Origin: a candidate division FCPU426 bacterium
GTDB taxonomy: Bacteria > Oederibacteriota > JAAXVQ01 > JAUVAV01
Length of the DNA: 35,148 nucleotides
Direction: 5' to 3'
Assembly (NCBI GenBank): GCA_030637655.1
Contig: DAOWGI010000100.1
Coordinates: 1 to 35,148 of the forward strand
Shown: positions 26,502-35,148 of the stretch, in pieces
Numbering within the stretch: position 1 is the first letter of the stretch
How the letters are laid out: the number at the start of each line of letters is the position of its first letter
Position numbers and translations under genes: made by a program
The notes under the pieces: model-generated
Databases searched by the model: none
Told to the model about the DNA's origin: nothing
What the model saw: the letters and a program-made list of their open reading frames with translations, nothing else

Positions 26502-28076
26502 TCAATTATTCATAATCATGTATTCAAGTGTATCAAGGTCAACCCTTTTTTGGGTAATCATTGATCCGATTTTTTTAATTTTATCCAAATCCGGAAGCGG
26601 CATATCTCTAATCTCTGTCGCACTAACTTGTGTATTCCCATTTGAAGCTCTAAAATAGACTTCTAAATATCGCGAATTTAATATAGCAGATAATCCCAAA
26701 GCTTCTTCTCTATCAATATCTCCTTTTGGTCTATGAATATAGTTAATGTGATTTTCCAAACCGATCCAATCACAATATATTTTTCCTTTTAAATATGCTG
26801 ATGAATTCAACCTTTTTTTATCTTCTTTTGCGCTAAACCTTCTTAGAAGCACATAATTTTTATTCGGCAAGAGCAAAGGAGTAGATTCATTACATATTTT
26901 TATATACTGCCCTTTCTTCTTTGAATTCAATGGCCAAAATATTTCCATATCACGCACACTATTCATCCAAATTAAAGGCGCGTGTGATTTTTTAATATCA
27001 CCTTCATAATCTAAATAGTCCTTGGCGCGAAAAGGCACTATAGGCCCGGTTGATATTTCCATTCCAAATTTATGCAATGAACCACCCCAGGATTTCACAA
27101 TTGATATAATTTTTTCTTCCTTTTCGGCAACTGGAATAAATATCACTTTATTCAAACTTTTATAATTGATAATATTTTTAAAAAGCGTTTTCCTTTTTGC
27201 TGGCCGGTTTAAATCTTTTGTTCCCCGACTATAAGAAATAGCCACTGTCTTATTATTTTCAATTTTCGCATGGTGTATTCTTTTAGCATGTAATATAATA
27301 CTTTCTTGAAGTATCGAATCTCTATCAAAAGCCTCTTTTCTTGACCCAAAAAGATGAAATGCCAATGGGGTTATAAAGGAAAACAAATTTTGCCTTAAAG
27401 CTTTAAAATATGGACCGGCAGTATAACTTCGGGGGGTGATAAAAATAAATTCTCCGTCCTTGGCAATAAGATGAGCGGAAATTGCCATGAAAAGCGCATA
27501 AATATTGGGCTGTCCATAAACAACTGCGGAAGCAGCTTTAGCACGCGGATCGTTTTTGGGTATTTTAAAATACGGCGGATTACATATTATAATATCATAT
27601 TTTTTTTCATCACTATTGTTTTTTTCGAACAAAGACTGATTTCCTTGTAGAACACCACTGTTTTCAAGAATAAAATCCGTTGATTTTAATTCGTATTTTA
27701 ATTGAATTCGTTTAGTAACCAACCATTTTTCAAGATACTTTAAACAATAAGCCGCTATCGGTAAAATTGTTTTGTCGATTTCGTAACCGACAATATTAAT
27801 TTTTCTGACATTTCTATTTTTATTCGCTATGGCCTCACACATCGCACTTGAAAGGACGGATGTTCCTATACCAGGATCAAGTAAACAAATCTCATTTTTA
27901 TTTGTTGTTGAGGCAAAATTTGCCATAAAATCCGCTACAGACACAGGTGTTAGATATTGTCCATGCTTTTTTTTATGCTTATCTTCAACTGACCCTGCAT
28001 ACAATCTTCCCATTCTGTCAGCAAAGCAAGTTGGTCTTTCGTTTACCTCAGGCTGTTCTTGTTTATAATTAATCAT
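26502..28076 (-). CDS. N6-adenine DNA methyltransferase (gamma class, BsuBI/PstI/Eco57I-like), cognate of the endonuclease
   Basis: GQYLTP, motif I LDPGIGT, motif IV CNPPY, ITPRSY, STGPIVPFR, ENHINYIH, NGNTQVSATE. Confidence 0.93.
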   Translation of the reverse strand: MINYKQEQPEVNERPTCFADRMGRLYAGSVEDKHKKKHGQYLTPVSVADFMANFASTTNKNEICLLDPGIGTSVLSSAMCEAIANKNRNVRKINIVGYEIDKTILPIAAYCLKYLEKWLVTKRIQLKYELKSTDFILENSGVLQGNQSLFEKNNSDEKKYDIIICNPPYFKIPKNDPRAKAASAVVYGQPNIYALFMAISAHLIAKDGEFIFITPRSYTAGPYFKALRQNLFSFITPLAFHLFGSRKEAFDRDSILQESIILHAKRIHHAKIENNKTVAISYSRGTKDLNRPAKRKTLFKNIINYKSLNKVIFIPVAEKEEKIISIVKSWGGSLHKFGMEISTGPIVPFRAKDYLDYEGDIKKSHAPLIWMNSVRDMEIFWPLNSKKKGQYIKICNESTPLLLPNKNYVLLRRFSAKEDKKRLNSSAYLKGKIYCDWIGLENHINYIHRPKGDIDREEALGLSAILNSRYLEVYFRASNGNTQVSATEIRDMPLPDLDKIKKIGSMITQKRVDLDTLEYMIMNN

Positions 28077-28483
28077 TTGGATTCAACATCTTTCAATAGA
28101 GTCTGATTTTATTCAATATTTCCATTAGTAATGTCTCCTCACATCATCGAACTAATCTCAATACTATATTGTCTAAAGTCGTTGATACTATATGCACGAG
28201 AATCAAAATTTTTCATTTTACCTCCCAGTGGTCAACTACCTTCTATCCTGATTTGCTTATTGCTCATTTTATTTTGTAAAAAGCGAATGGCGAATATGTG
28301 CATCAATGAGTAAAAATGTGCCTTAAAATAGGTTGCATATGTCATTTGTATAGAGCGTCCCCCTGGAGACACCTCGACCCGTAACTGGTGTTATTGTAAG
28401 CAATAATTGTCTTAAGGTCTAGGAGAAAAACTGCAGGGAGAAAACTCGGCAGATTATCCGGAACGGAACGATCACTCTGTCCC

Positions 28484-28510
28484 GTAGGGGCGTTTAATTA
28501 AACGCCCCTA
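28484..28510. repeat. GTAG-tagged REP-like palindrome
   Basis: G + TAGGGGCGTTTAA|TTAAACGCCCCTA (perfect 26 bp). Confidence 0.75.
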
Positions 28511-28749
28511 TCTATGGGTAATATCAATCCCTAATATTATTAGGTTAGACATTGGACGGAAAATCCTTCCACCCCATAACCGTTTTAGCTAATTTTGGTA
28601 CGCCCTTTTGTGGGCAACGCCCATAAGCTTGATGAACTAATCCGCGACATTTAGTGACCATATATTTTGGCGTAGCATGTTTGAAAACTTTATTATCTTT
28701 CAACATTTACCAAATACTTCGAAAACGCTTATTGGCACCTGTTTCCCTA

Positions 28750-31700
28750 TTACGCCGAGCCGTCAAAGGAGAATTGTGCACTTCTACGTCTATTAATTTT
28801 TCTTTGGAAATCAGGTGCTAACTCAAACTGTCCTTTGCCTTTTACTATCGCCTGTTGAAATCTTACTGCTAATTGCATACGTCCACCGGTTTTCATTGCC
28901 AAAGGCACTTTAATAATAATTCTTTCTTTATCACTGATTATAAAGGTACCAATCACATCTAATTTTTTGCCAAACACTTTCGAAGCCTCTGCAAACATAC
29001 GATTTAATGCTAATAAGGCGTTTACATAATTTTCAGGTGTTGTGTCTGCTTGTTTGCCTGCAGACTGGATTATACATATTGCCGAGCGCTCTAAAGCCCT
29101 TTGATAACGATTGATCGCTTTTTCATTTCTGGTTTCAACTGCTTGCTTATATTTAGCAAAGGTCTGCACTAAACCATCCTGATTTTTTAATCGATTTGCA
29201 AATAACGGCACCGCTTGCAGGGGAGCTCCAATTGTACGGTCAAACTCTTTTCTTAACTTAGCACTAATCTCATAAAACTCCGGCAAGACACTGTTGCATG
29301 GCAATACTATGGCCGTTTGCGCTGCTAAATTCTCCGGTGTAACCGGCTGCCCGGACTGGATCAGGACATGAGAAAGTTGTGGTTGAAGATGAACCAAGTC
29401 TCCAATTTTCACTTTCTCTACATCTGTCACCATTGCACTTACCTGATAACCCAGCGCATCCTGGCCCAATGCTGCCATGGCAGCCTGGTCAGTTGCCGGT
29501 TGAAGTTGGGCCATAAGGTCTTTCATCATAGCAGTCTCTTTTGCTGTTAAGGTTGACTTATTTATTATCGATTCTAAAAATTTCAGCACTCCTCTTGAAC
29601 CGGCATCATTTTTAACCTGGTCTAATAATCCGGAAATCATATTCTTATACGCTGTCTTGCTATCTGCTGCCGTCTGATCTCCCCATAGCATTTGCATGGT
29701 ATCATTCTTTTCATTTAGATCCGGTTGTTCTGCTTCCCGCATGGTTAAATTCATTGCTCCCTCGGCATTTACCAGCTGCATCTGAATATCACGAACTACA
29801 GCTAATAGTTGCTGTTCATTACCTTGGGCAGCTTTAAGAGATGCTTGCGTGCTGAGCAACCAATTTTTAACTAACGGATCCAGTGCTGCCAATTGATTAT
29901 CGTCCAGTTCGATAACGGCATGCGCCAGCCACTTGACATCGCGATTAGCGAAGCCGCGGCCAAAGATATCCTCTAATGCCCTGGTGAAGTCGGCTCCTGA
30001 CCAAATATCTTTTTGCAGAGCCTGATTCATTATAGCCTGGCAAATAGCTCCTATCTGAGTTGGGAATAAAGCCCATTCTTGGCCGGTGTTAGCCTGGTAG
30101 TGCGCTTTTATAGCAAGACGCGTGGCATTAACATCAGTATTGAGCTGCCGGCCTGATTGAGGCCTAATCTTATCCGGATTATCTATTCCATAAGTTACAG
30201 CGGCTTCTAATGCTACTTCATTCATTTCTTCAATAACGCTTTGCCTATATTCCCTCACTGCGTTTTCCAGGCCGGCTTTTATAACTCTATTGTCTATAAA
30301 ATTTGTTCTTTGTTTTTTTACTTTTTCAAACATGTTGGCAGGTATGGTCACTTTTATACACGTATCGTCTGATGTCAGGTCCCGGGTTATATCATTTTTT
30401 GCTTCCCCCATAATCTCCCTGGTAAAGGAATAAGTTGTACCGGCCTGAATGACCAGGTTCTCCTCTTTTGTCCAGGCAAATTTTTCACCCAAAATAGCTT
30501 CTTCCAAGCTTTTATTGCCATAAATCAACTTATAAAAGAAGTTTCCAACCGGTCCTTGACCTTTTAGCAAGGATACATTCGGTGTTTGGGTATCTACACC
30601 TAAAAATTCCAATAATCCTTCGGGTCTAATCGATTCCATGGTGGTGATATAATTCACCATATAATGAGAACCCAGCCAGAATGCTAATAATATCACAGCA
30701 ACAAAAGCCGGACTTAAAGCTATAAACTGTAATATCGTAATCATGCCTAATAGCGCGATAGTATTAACTATCGCCAATCCCTGGGCCACTTGACTTCTTG
30801 CTGCCATAGTTGTATTTGAAACCTGGCTTATACCTCGAATATTATGCAACGCTTTGAATAATCCGCCCTGGAACCAGCCTATTTGGGGCAATGAATACAC
30901 AACAAAGATTCCCATGACTGCTGATTTTGGTATGGCGGCCAAAGCCCAATCATTGCTGATCGCAGCATAAACCATATAAACCAATATCAGAGGTATAACT
31001 TCCTGAGCGCCGGCTAAAAAGCGAGCATACTTCCGCGAAGCCTCTACTGTGGTGATTTCTTTGCCGGTTAATCGTTTGTATACACTTTGCACAACCGGCA
31101 GCATCCAGGCTTCCAGCCAGCTCATCGTCCCGCCAAGATGTGCAATATGTTTAATCCTAAATTCATACCAGTATGCAATAATTTTTTCAGTTACCCATTT
31201 TGGATATTGATAAAATCTTTCCAAAGTTTCTGAAAGTATTGATAAACTTTTATCATCAAAAGCACTTTTGCTTTCCAAAGAAGTTACGTCTGCCATTTCA
31301 TTAACACCAAATTGAGACATATCCAGCCAGTCAAAATTAAAAGGAGAAATATTCAAATCAAAATCCTGATCAACATGTCTTTTTAATATACGATCCACTT
31401 CAGATGGATTTTTTAACAGCCAAGCTATTTCAGCAGTGTGATATGGTCCGGTTACTGCAAAAACTTTCTCTTCATTAAAACGCCTATTAACTTTTTTTCT
31501 TTCCAATAAATATTTAGTCATCAGAGCTGATCGAATTGTCGAGCTATCATAATTACCGGTAATATAATTACTCTCATCCACACTTAAACCATTAGGAAGT
31601 TGAAAACATACATTCATCCGCAACATATCTTCCATACTTTTTTTCGAGCCACTCAATTTCGTTACCACTTCCGCGTTTCTCCGCTTTCGGACATTTGATC

Positions 31701-34700
31701 TAAAAGCAATTAATGAACGACACCAGATAAATAATCTACCAGGCACAAAAAGCATATAATATCGAACAATTTCTTTTGACAACTCAATCTTAACTCCAAA
31801 AGGTTTAGAAATTATTTTTTCAATCATTTTTCCGGACAGAAACAAACCTAGTGCTGTCACCGGTATAGAAACCAACATTGCTAATGCCGCATATATGGGC
31901 GATGTATTAATAATCCAGGCTACTGTCGAAACAAATCTTTCTGTCAACGCGGCCAAGACCAAAACAAATTCAGCCCATTCAACCGGCGTGACATCCACCT
32001 TCTGTCGCCGGGTGAAATTTTTAAAGTGATCATTACATAATTCAACATCTTGCATCTCATATCCAAAATTTCTCCCAATTTTCATATTCTGTTCAAAAAA
32101 CAAATTATGTTTTTTTTGTTTATGATAACGAACTAATCTTAATAAGTGATAAAGCACATAATAAATATTATGATTCATCCCATATAAATTATATTCACCG
32201 CTTGCTAACTCAATCCTTAAATGCGGATAATCCCCCTCATCTCCAGAAATAATATCAGTATCAATAATCTGTTCAAATTCGGAAGATAATAGATATGTCA
32301 GGTCTTTAAGCAAATCCACCAATCTTTCACGTTCTTTCTCGGTTTCCGGGAGACGATCAATGAATCCTTCTGCTTTCAACCAGTCGACCAATGCTGCTAT
32401 TGATTTTGCTTCGGCAATTTTTTCCGCCAACTGCCTTTTGGAAAAACCCTTTAATTGAACTTTTGCCACTATTTTTTTAATTTCTTTAGCAGAAAATGGT
32501 TCCTCCACATCAGCATAATTATTCAAGAGCCATAAACCAATAATAGCAATAGCACCAACTATAGCAGCTGCAAATAAATTATATTGCACAATATAAAACG
32601 TACTTAAAATTCCAACATTTAATGTTTTTTTCAACACTTTTAATATTTTTAGGTAGATTACCTTCGAATCCGAAAGAGCCGGAGTTTCTAATTTTTTCCG
32701 TAGCCCCTTTTTCTCTTCACCTACTTTGACGGATGCTTTTTTTCGACCCTCCGCAAGATAAACCGGAAGTTCTTTCCCGGTTAATTGCGTCATAGTCGCT
32801 GCCACTGACCATAAATTTGCCGCCAATACCGGTTGCAAAGGATTATTCGAGCCGGCTGCCATCATCGCAATGGTTATTAAAACTGATCCAATTAGAACCG
32901 GGTTACCTATCACAAATGCACTGGCCAAAGCCGTGCCGGCGAGTGCTGCCATCACGTTCCGGGGATCTCTAAAATAGTTTCTAACTTTCTCAACTTCAAA
33001 CCTCAAGCTATTGATCCATGTCGTTGCAACTATATTTCCAATCATATTAAACAGCCTATTCATTCTCGCGGTCATTTTACGCTCTGTAGAATTAGCTGCT
33101 TTGGCAACATTAGTAACTTGCTTGATTGATGAATACATATTAACGGTTTTACTGACAATTATTTCATGTTCCATAGTTCCATTTTTTCGACTAAGTTTCT
33201 CTGAAATCAATCCGCGTTTTGCAACAATGACTACTACCTTTTCTCCGGTCGCGGGATTAATAACCGATGTTTTAAATCCCTGGATCCCGTCTAATTGATC
33301 AAGCTCTGCTGCTTCGGCCTCTTGTTCGCTTAGTACTGCCACATCTACTAATTGATTCCAGAACAAATATTGTTTAAACTGCGCTTGCTGAGACTGATTC
33401 AATTCCAGACTTAATCCCAATGATTTGAACATAAGTTCCAATTGCGCTAAGAATTTGTGATTAGTTAACCGCAGTTTTAAAGCCAAAATATTCTGGTTTT
33501 TCTCCAATAATTTTTCTAATGGTGTTTGACGATTTTCTAACAATTCAAAATATGGATTAACAATATCTTGTCTGGTCAGAGAAGGAATAATTGACACATA
33601 GGTTATATCTTTTTGTCTTAACTCATCCAACACTTTTCCGGCATGAAACCCGCCATTAATCAGCAGCGCGATTTTCTGATCTTTTTCATCCATTTTCGCA
33701 AGCAAATTCCCCACAAAATGAGTGCTGCGCTTGTCAGCCAGCTCATAAAAACACGCAACCTTTTTTAAATCTTCCTCAATAACATAGATTTCCATATCCA
33801 GTTCCAACAGACTTGCTGTTTGATGAGTATTGATAAAATCCACAAAGTTTTTTATTCCATAGGCTTCCTGATTTTGACGATAGCTTTCCAATTCTTCCGG
33901 CAGTACTGAAATATTCAATAATTTCTCAATAATATCCAGACGTTCATACAAATCATCAACCTGTCTTTGCTCTTTAGACGTGTAAAATCCTTCTCTAATC
34001 ATGTTATCCAGATGTTCCACTTCTTTCAGCAACTGATCTGCATTAATTTCATGGGAAAAGTGTAATTGATTGATTTTAAGGAATTTTGATATTAGGCTAT
34101 ATACACTTGTATCCAGGCCCAAAGTTTTGGCGGTTTTAAATGAATGGGCTATATATTTTAGCACATCCAGTCTGCCTTCCCGGTATGACAAATAAACGGC
34201 ATCGTATTTTAATAATGCCTGGTTATAAATATCTATTTTAATTTCATTGAGAACATCTCTTAAATCATAAATATAACCCTGATTTTCCGAGGTTAAAAAG
34301 GATTGCACCAGCGATAAACTGTCATCATATAATTTCCGGGTTTCGATTCCTTCCAAACTAATCGCTTCTTTTCCAGTGATGGCAATATATTCCGCACCGG
34401 TCAACTTTCCTTTTTTAACATATATATCACTAATTTCCGCTTTTATTTTTTGAACAGGAAAGGACCGAATATGATCTGTTTTAATTTGACTAAAGGCACC
34501 TTCAACACCCACTAGCGATACTTTATATTTTTTCTCCAGATGTTGTATTATCCCGGCTATGTTTTTCTGTACTTCATAATTACAATGAAGATCCTGGATA
34601 CATATCACGGTTCTGCCTTTACCCTGATAACCATGTTTTATTTTTCCTAGTTCTCCAGGAACAGACAGTACCTTTCCAAAATATTTTATACTCATTGTTT

Positions 34701-34848
34701 GAGATTGATTAACAGCATAATTGGCCGTGTCAAAAGCCCACATTACTTGCGGCATTAAAAAATTGACAGCCACTAATAATGTACAAAATTTAATGAGCTG
34801 GTTATATTTTTTACTGCGCCATTTGGATATAATTTTATGATCAACCAT
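28750..34848 (-). CDS. Giant (2032 aa) exported, multi-pass membrane protein with a QDLH...EG...GGFH N-terminal domain
   Basis: Uninterrupted ORF, RBS GAGGGA, signal-like N-terminus (NFLMPQVMWA), several hydrophobic helix clusters and a helical C-terminal region. Function unassigned. Confidence 0.85.
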   Translation of the reverse strand: MVDHKIISKWRSKKYNQLIKFCTLLVAVNFLMPQVMWAFDTANYAVNQSQTMSIKYFGKVLSVPGELGKIKHGYQGKGRTVICIQDLHCNYEVQKNIAGIIQHLEKKYKVSLVGVEGAFSQIKTDHIRSFPVQKIKAEISDIYVKKGKLTGAEYIAITGKEAISLEGIETRKLYDDSLSLVQSFLTSENQGYIYDLRDVLNEIKIDIYNQALLKYDAVYLSYREGRLDVLKYIAHSFKTAKTLGLDTSVYSLISKFLKINQLHFSHEINADQLLKEVEHLDNMIREGFYTSKEQRQVDDLYERLDIIEKLLNISVLPEELESYRQNQEAYGIKNFVDFINTHQTASLLELDMEIYVIEEDLKKVACFYELADKRSTHFVGNLLAKMDEKDQKIALLINGGFHAGKVLDELRQKDITYVSIIPSLTRQDIVNPYFELLENRQTPLEKLLEKNQNILALKLRLTNHKFLAQLELMFKSLGLSLELNQSQQAQFKQYLFWNQLVDVAVLSEQEAEAAELDQLDGIQGFKTSVINPATGEKVVVIVAKRGLISEKLSRKNGTMEHEIIVSKTVNMYSSIKQVTNVAKAANSTERKMTARMNRLFNMIGNIVATTWINSLRFEVEKVRNYFRDPRNVMAALAGTALASAFVIGNPVLIGSVLITIAMMAAGSNNPLQPVLAANLWSVAATMTQLTGKELPVYLAEGRKKASVKVGEEKKGLRKKLETPALSDSKVIYLKILKVLKKTLNVGILSTFYIVQYNLFAAAIVGAIAIIGLWLLNNYADVEEPFSAKEIKKIVAKVQLKGFSKRQLAEKIAEAKSIAALVDWLKAEGFIDRLPETEKERERLVDLLKDLTYLLSSEFEQIIDTDIISGDEGDYPHLRIELASGEYNLYGMNHNIYYVLYHLLRLVRYHKQKKHNLFFEQNMKIGRNFGYEMQDVELCNDHFKNFTRRQKVDVTPVEWAEFVLVLAALTERFVSTVAWIINTSPIYAALAMLVSIPVTALGLFLSGKMIEKIISKPFGVKIELSKEIVRYYMLFVPGRLFIWCRSLIAFRSNVRKRRNAEVVTKLSGSKKSMEDMLRMNVCFQLPNGLSVDESNYITGNYDSSTIRSALMTKYLLERKKVNRRFNEEKVFAVTGPYHTAEIAWLLKNPSEVDRILKRHVDQDFDLNISPFNFDWLDMSQFGVNEMADVTSLESKSAFDDKSLSILSETLERFYQYPKWVTEKIIAYWYEFRIKHIAHLGGTMSWLEAWMLPVVQSVYKRLTGKEITTVEASRKYARFLAGAQEVIPLILVYMVYAAISNDWALAAIPKSAVMGIFVVYSLPQIGWFQGGLFKALHNIRGISQVSNTTMAARSQVAQGLAIVNTIALLGMITILQFIALSPAFVAVILLAFWLGSHYMVNYITTMESIRPEGLLEFLGVDTQTPNVSLLKGQGPVGNFFYKLIYGNKSLEEAILGEKFAWTKEENLVIQAGTTYSFTREIMGEAKNDITRDLTSDDTCIKVTIPANMFEKVKKQRTNFIDNRVIKAGLENAVREYRQSVIEEMNEVALEAAVTYGIDNPDKIRPQSGRQLNTDVNATRLAIKAHYQANTGQEWALFPTQIGAICQAIMNQALQKDIWSGADFTRALEDIFGRGFANRDVKWLAHAVIELDDNQLAALDPLVKNWLLSTQASLKAAQGNEQQLLAVVRDIQMQLVNAEGAMNLTMREAEQPDLNEKNDTMQMLWGDQTAADSKTAYKNMISGLLDQVKNDAGSRGVLKFLESIINKSTLTAKETAMMKDLMAQLQPATDQAAMAALGQDALGYQVSAMVTDVEKVKIGDLVHLQPQLSHVLIQSGQPVTPENLAAQTAIVLPCNSVLPEFYEISAKLRKEFDRTIGAPLQAVPLFANRLKNQDGLVQTFAKYKQAVETRNEKAINRYQRALERSAICIIQSAGKQADTTPENYVNALLALNRMFAEASKVFGKKLDVIGTFIISDKERIIIKVPLAMKTGGRMQLAVRFQQAIVKGKGQFELAPDFQRKINRRRSAQFSFDGSA

Positions 34849-35007
34849 GAATTCCCTCTTAATAATTTGTTCGTTATAATATTATACACGCCAAGAATTA
34901 GTTTTTCCAGTTCCTAACTTATTATTAAGGTTGTTTTTTATTTATTTCCGGTAGCGTGTTTCATATTAGTACACCAGGAGTGAATGGGATCATGAATGGG
35001 GTCAGAG

Positions 35008-35148
35008 TGGATCATCCCAGTTTGACAGACACCTAAAAAAGTGGACAATGTCCAAGGAGGTGTCTGATGAAGAAAAGAGGAAGATATCCAAAGGAATTCA
35101 AGGTTGAAGCAGTAAGGCTGTTGAACGAGGGAATAAAACGTGGTTCAG
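35008..35148 (+). mobile_element. Left end of an IS3-family insertion sequence, cut by the window edge
   Basis: Begins TG (TGGATCATCCCAGTTTGACAGACACC), then RBS AAGGAGG and an OrfA-like start. Confidence 0.8.
35067..35148 (+). CDS. IS3-family transposase OrfA, partial
   Basis: MKKRGRYPKEFKVEAVRLLNEG matches the HTH_Tnp_1-type N-terminus (RxYxxEFKxEAV). Confidence 0.8.
   Translation, partial: MKKRGRYPKEFKVEAVRLLNEGIKRGS

Noticed and set aside
28524-28550. dif- or integron att-like site CCTAA-TATTA-TTAGGTTAGAC
   Set aside because: The spacer is 5 nt rather than the 6 of dif, the XerC arm is poor, and no integrase or attC partner is visible.

Overview
A 35-kb bacterial chromosomal window from a diderm (signal peptides, lipoproteins, outer-membrane barrels, a sigma-54 promoter). 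The gene styles suggest an uncultured lineage such as FCPU426/Omnitrophota/Elusimicrobiota-like; this is inference only. In order: a three-gene T9SS-like locus (FG-GAP cargo with a C-terminal sorting-like Ig domain, a PorP/PorV-like barrel fused to TPRs, a beta-propeller-OmpA protein); nested miniature mobile elements; an HD-domain hydrolase; a sigma-54 porin-amtB-glnK operon; a decayed MNT-HEPN toxin-antitoxin pair; purC; an lpoB/COG3014 lipoprotein cluster; a YbhB-like lipoprotein; speE with an Rsm22-like methyltransferase; a hybrid PAS/GAF kinase; a metal permease-ArsR-otsB cluster; an AT-rich BsuBI/PstI-type restriction-modification pair; a 2032-aa exported membrane protein; and the left end of an IS3-family element. 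The strongest novelty candidates are (1) the giant protein, which appears to carry two Tiki/EreA/ChaN-fold motif sets, (2) the rearranged T9SS-like cargo-shuttle-anchor locus, and (3) several families of short palindromic elements inserted into one another. No rRNA, tRNA or CRISPR array was seen. All family calls come from reading motifs by eye; no searches were run.
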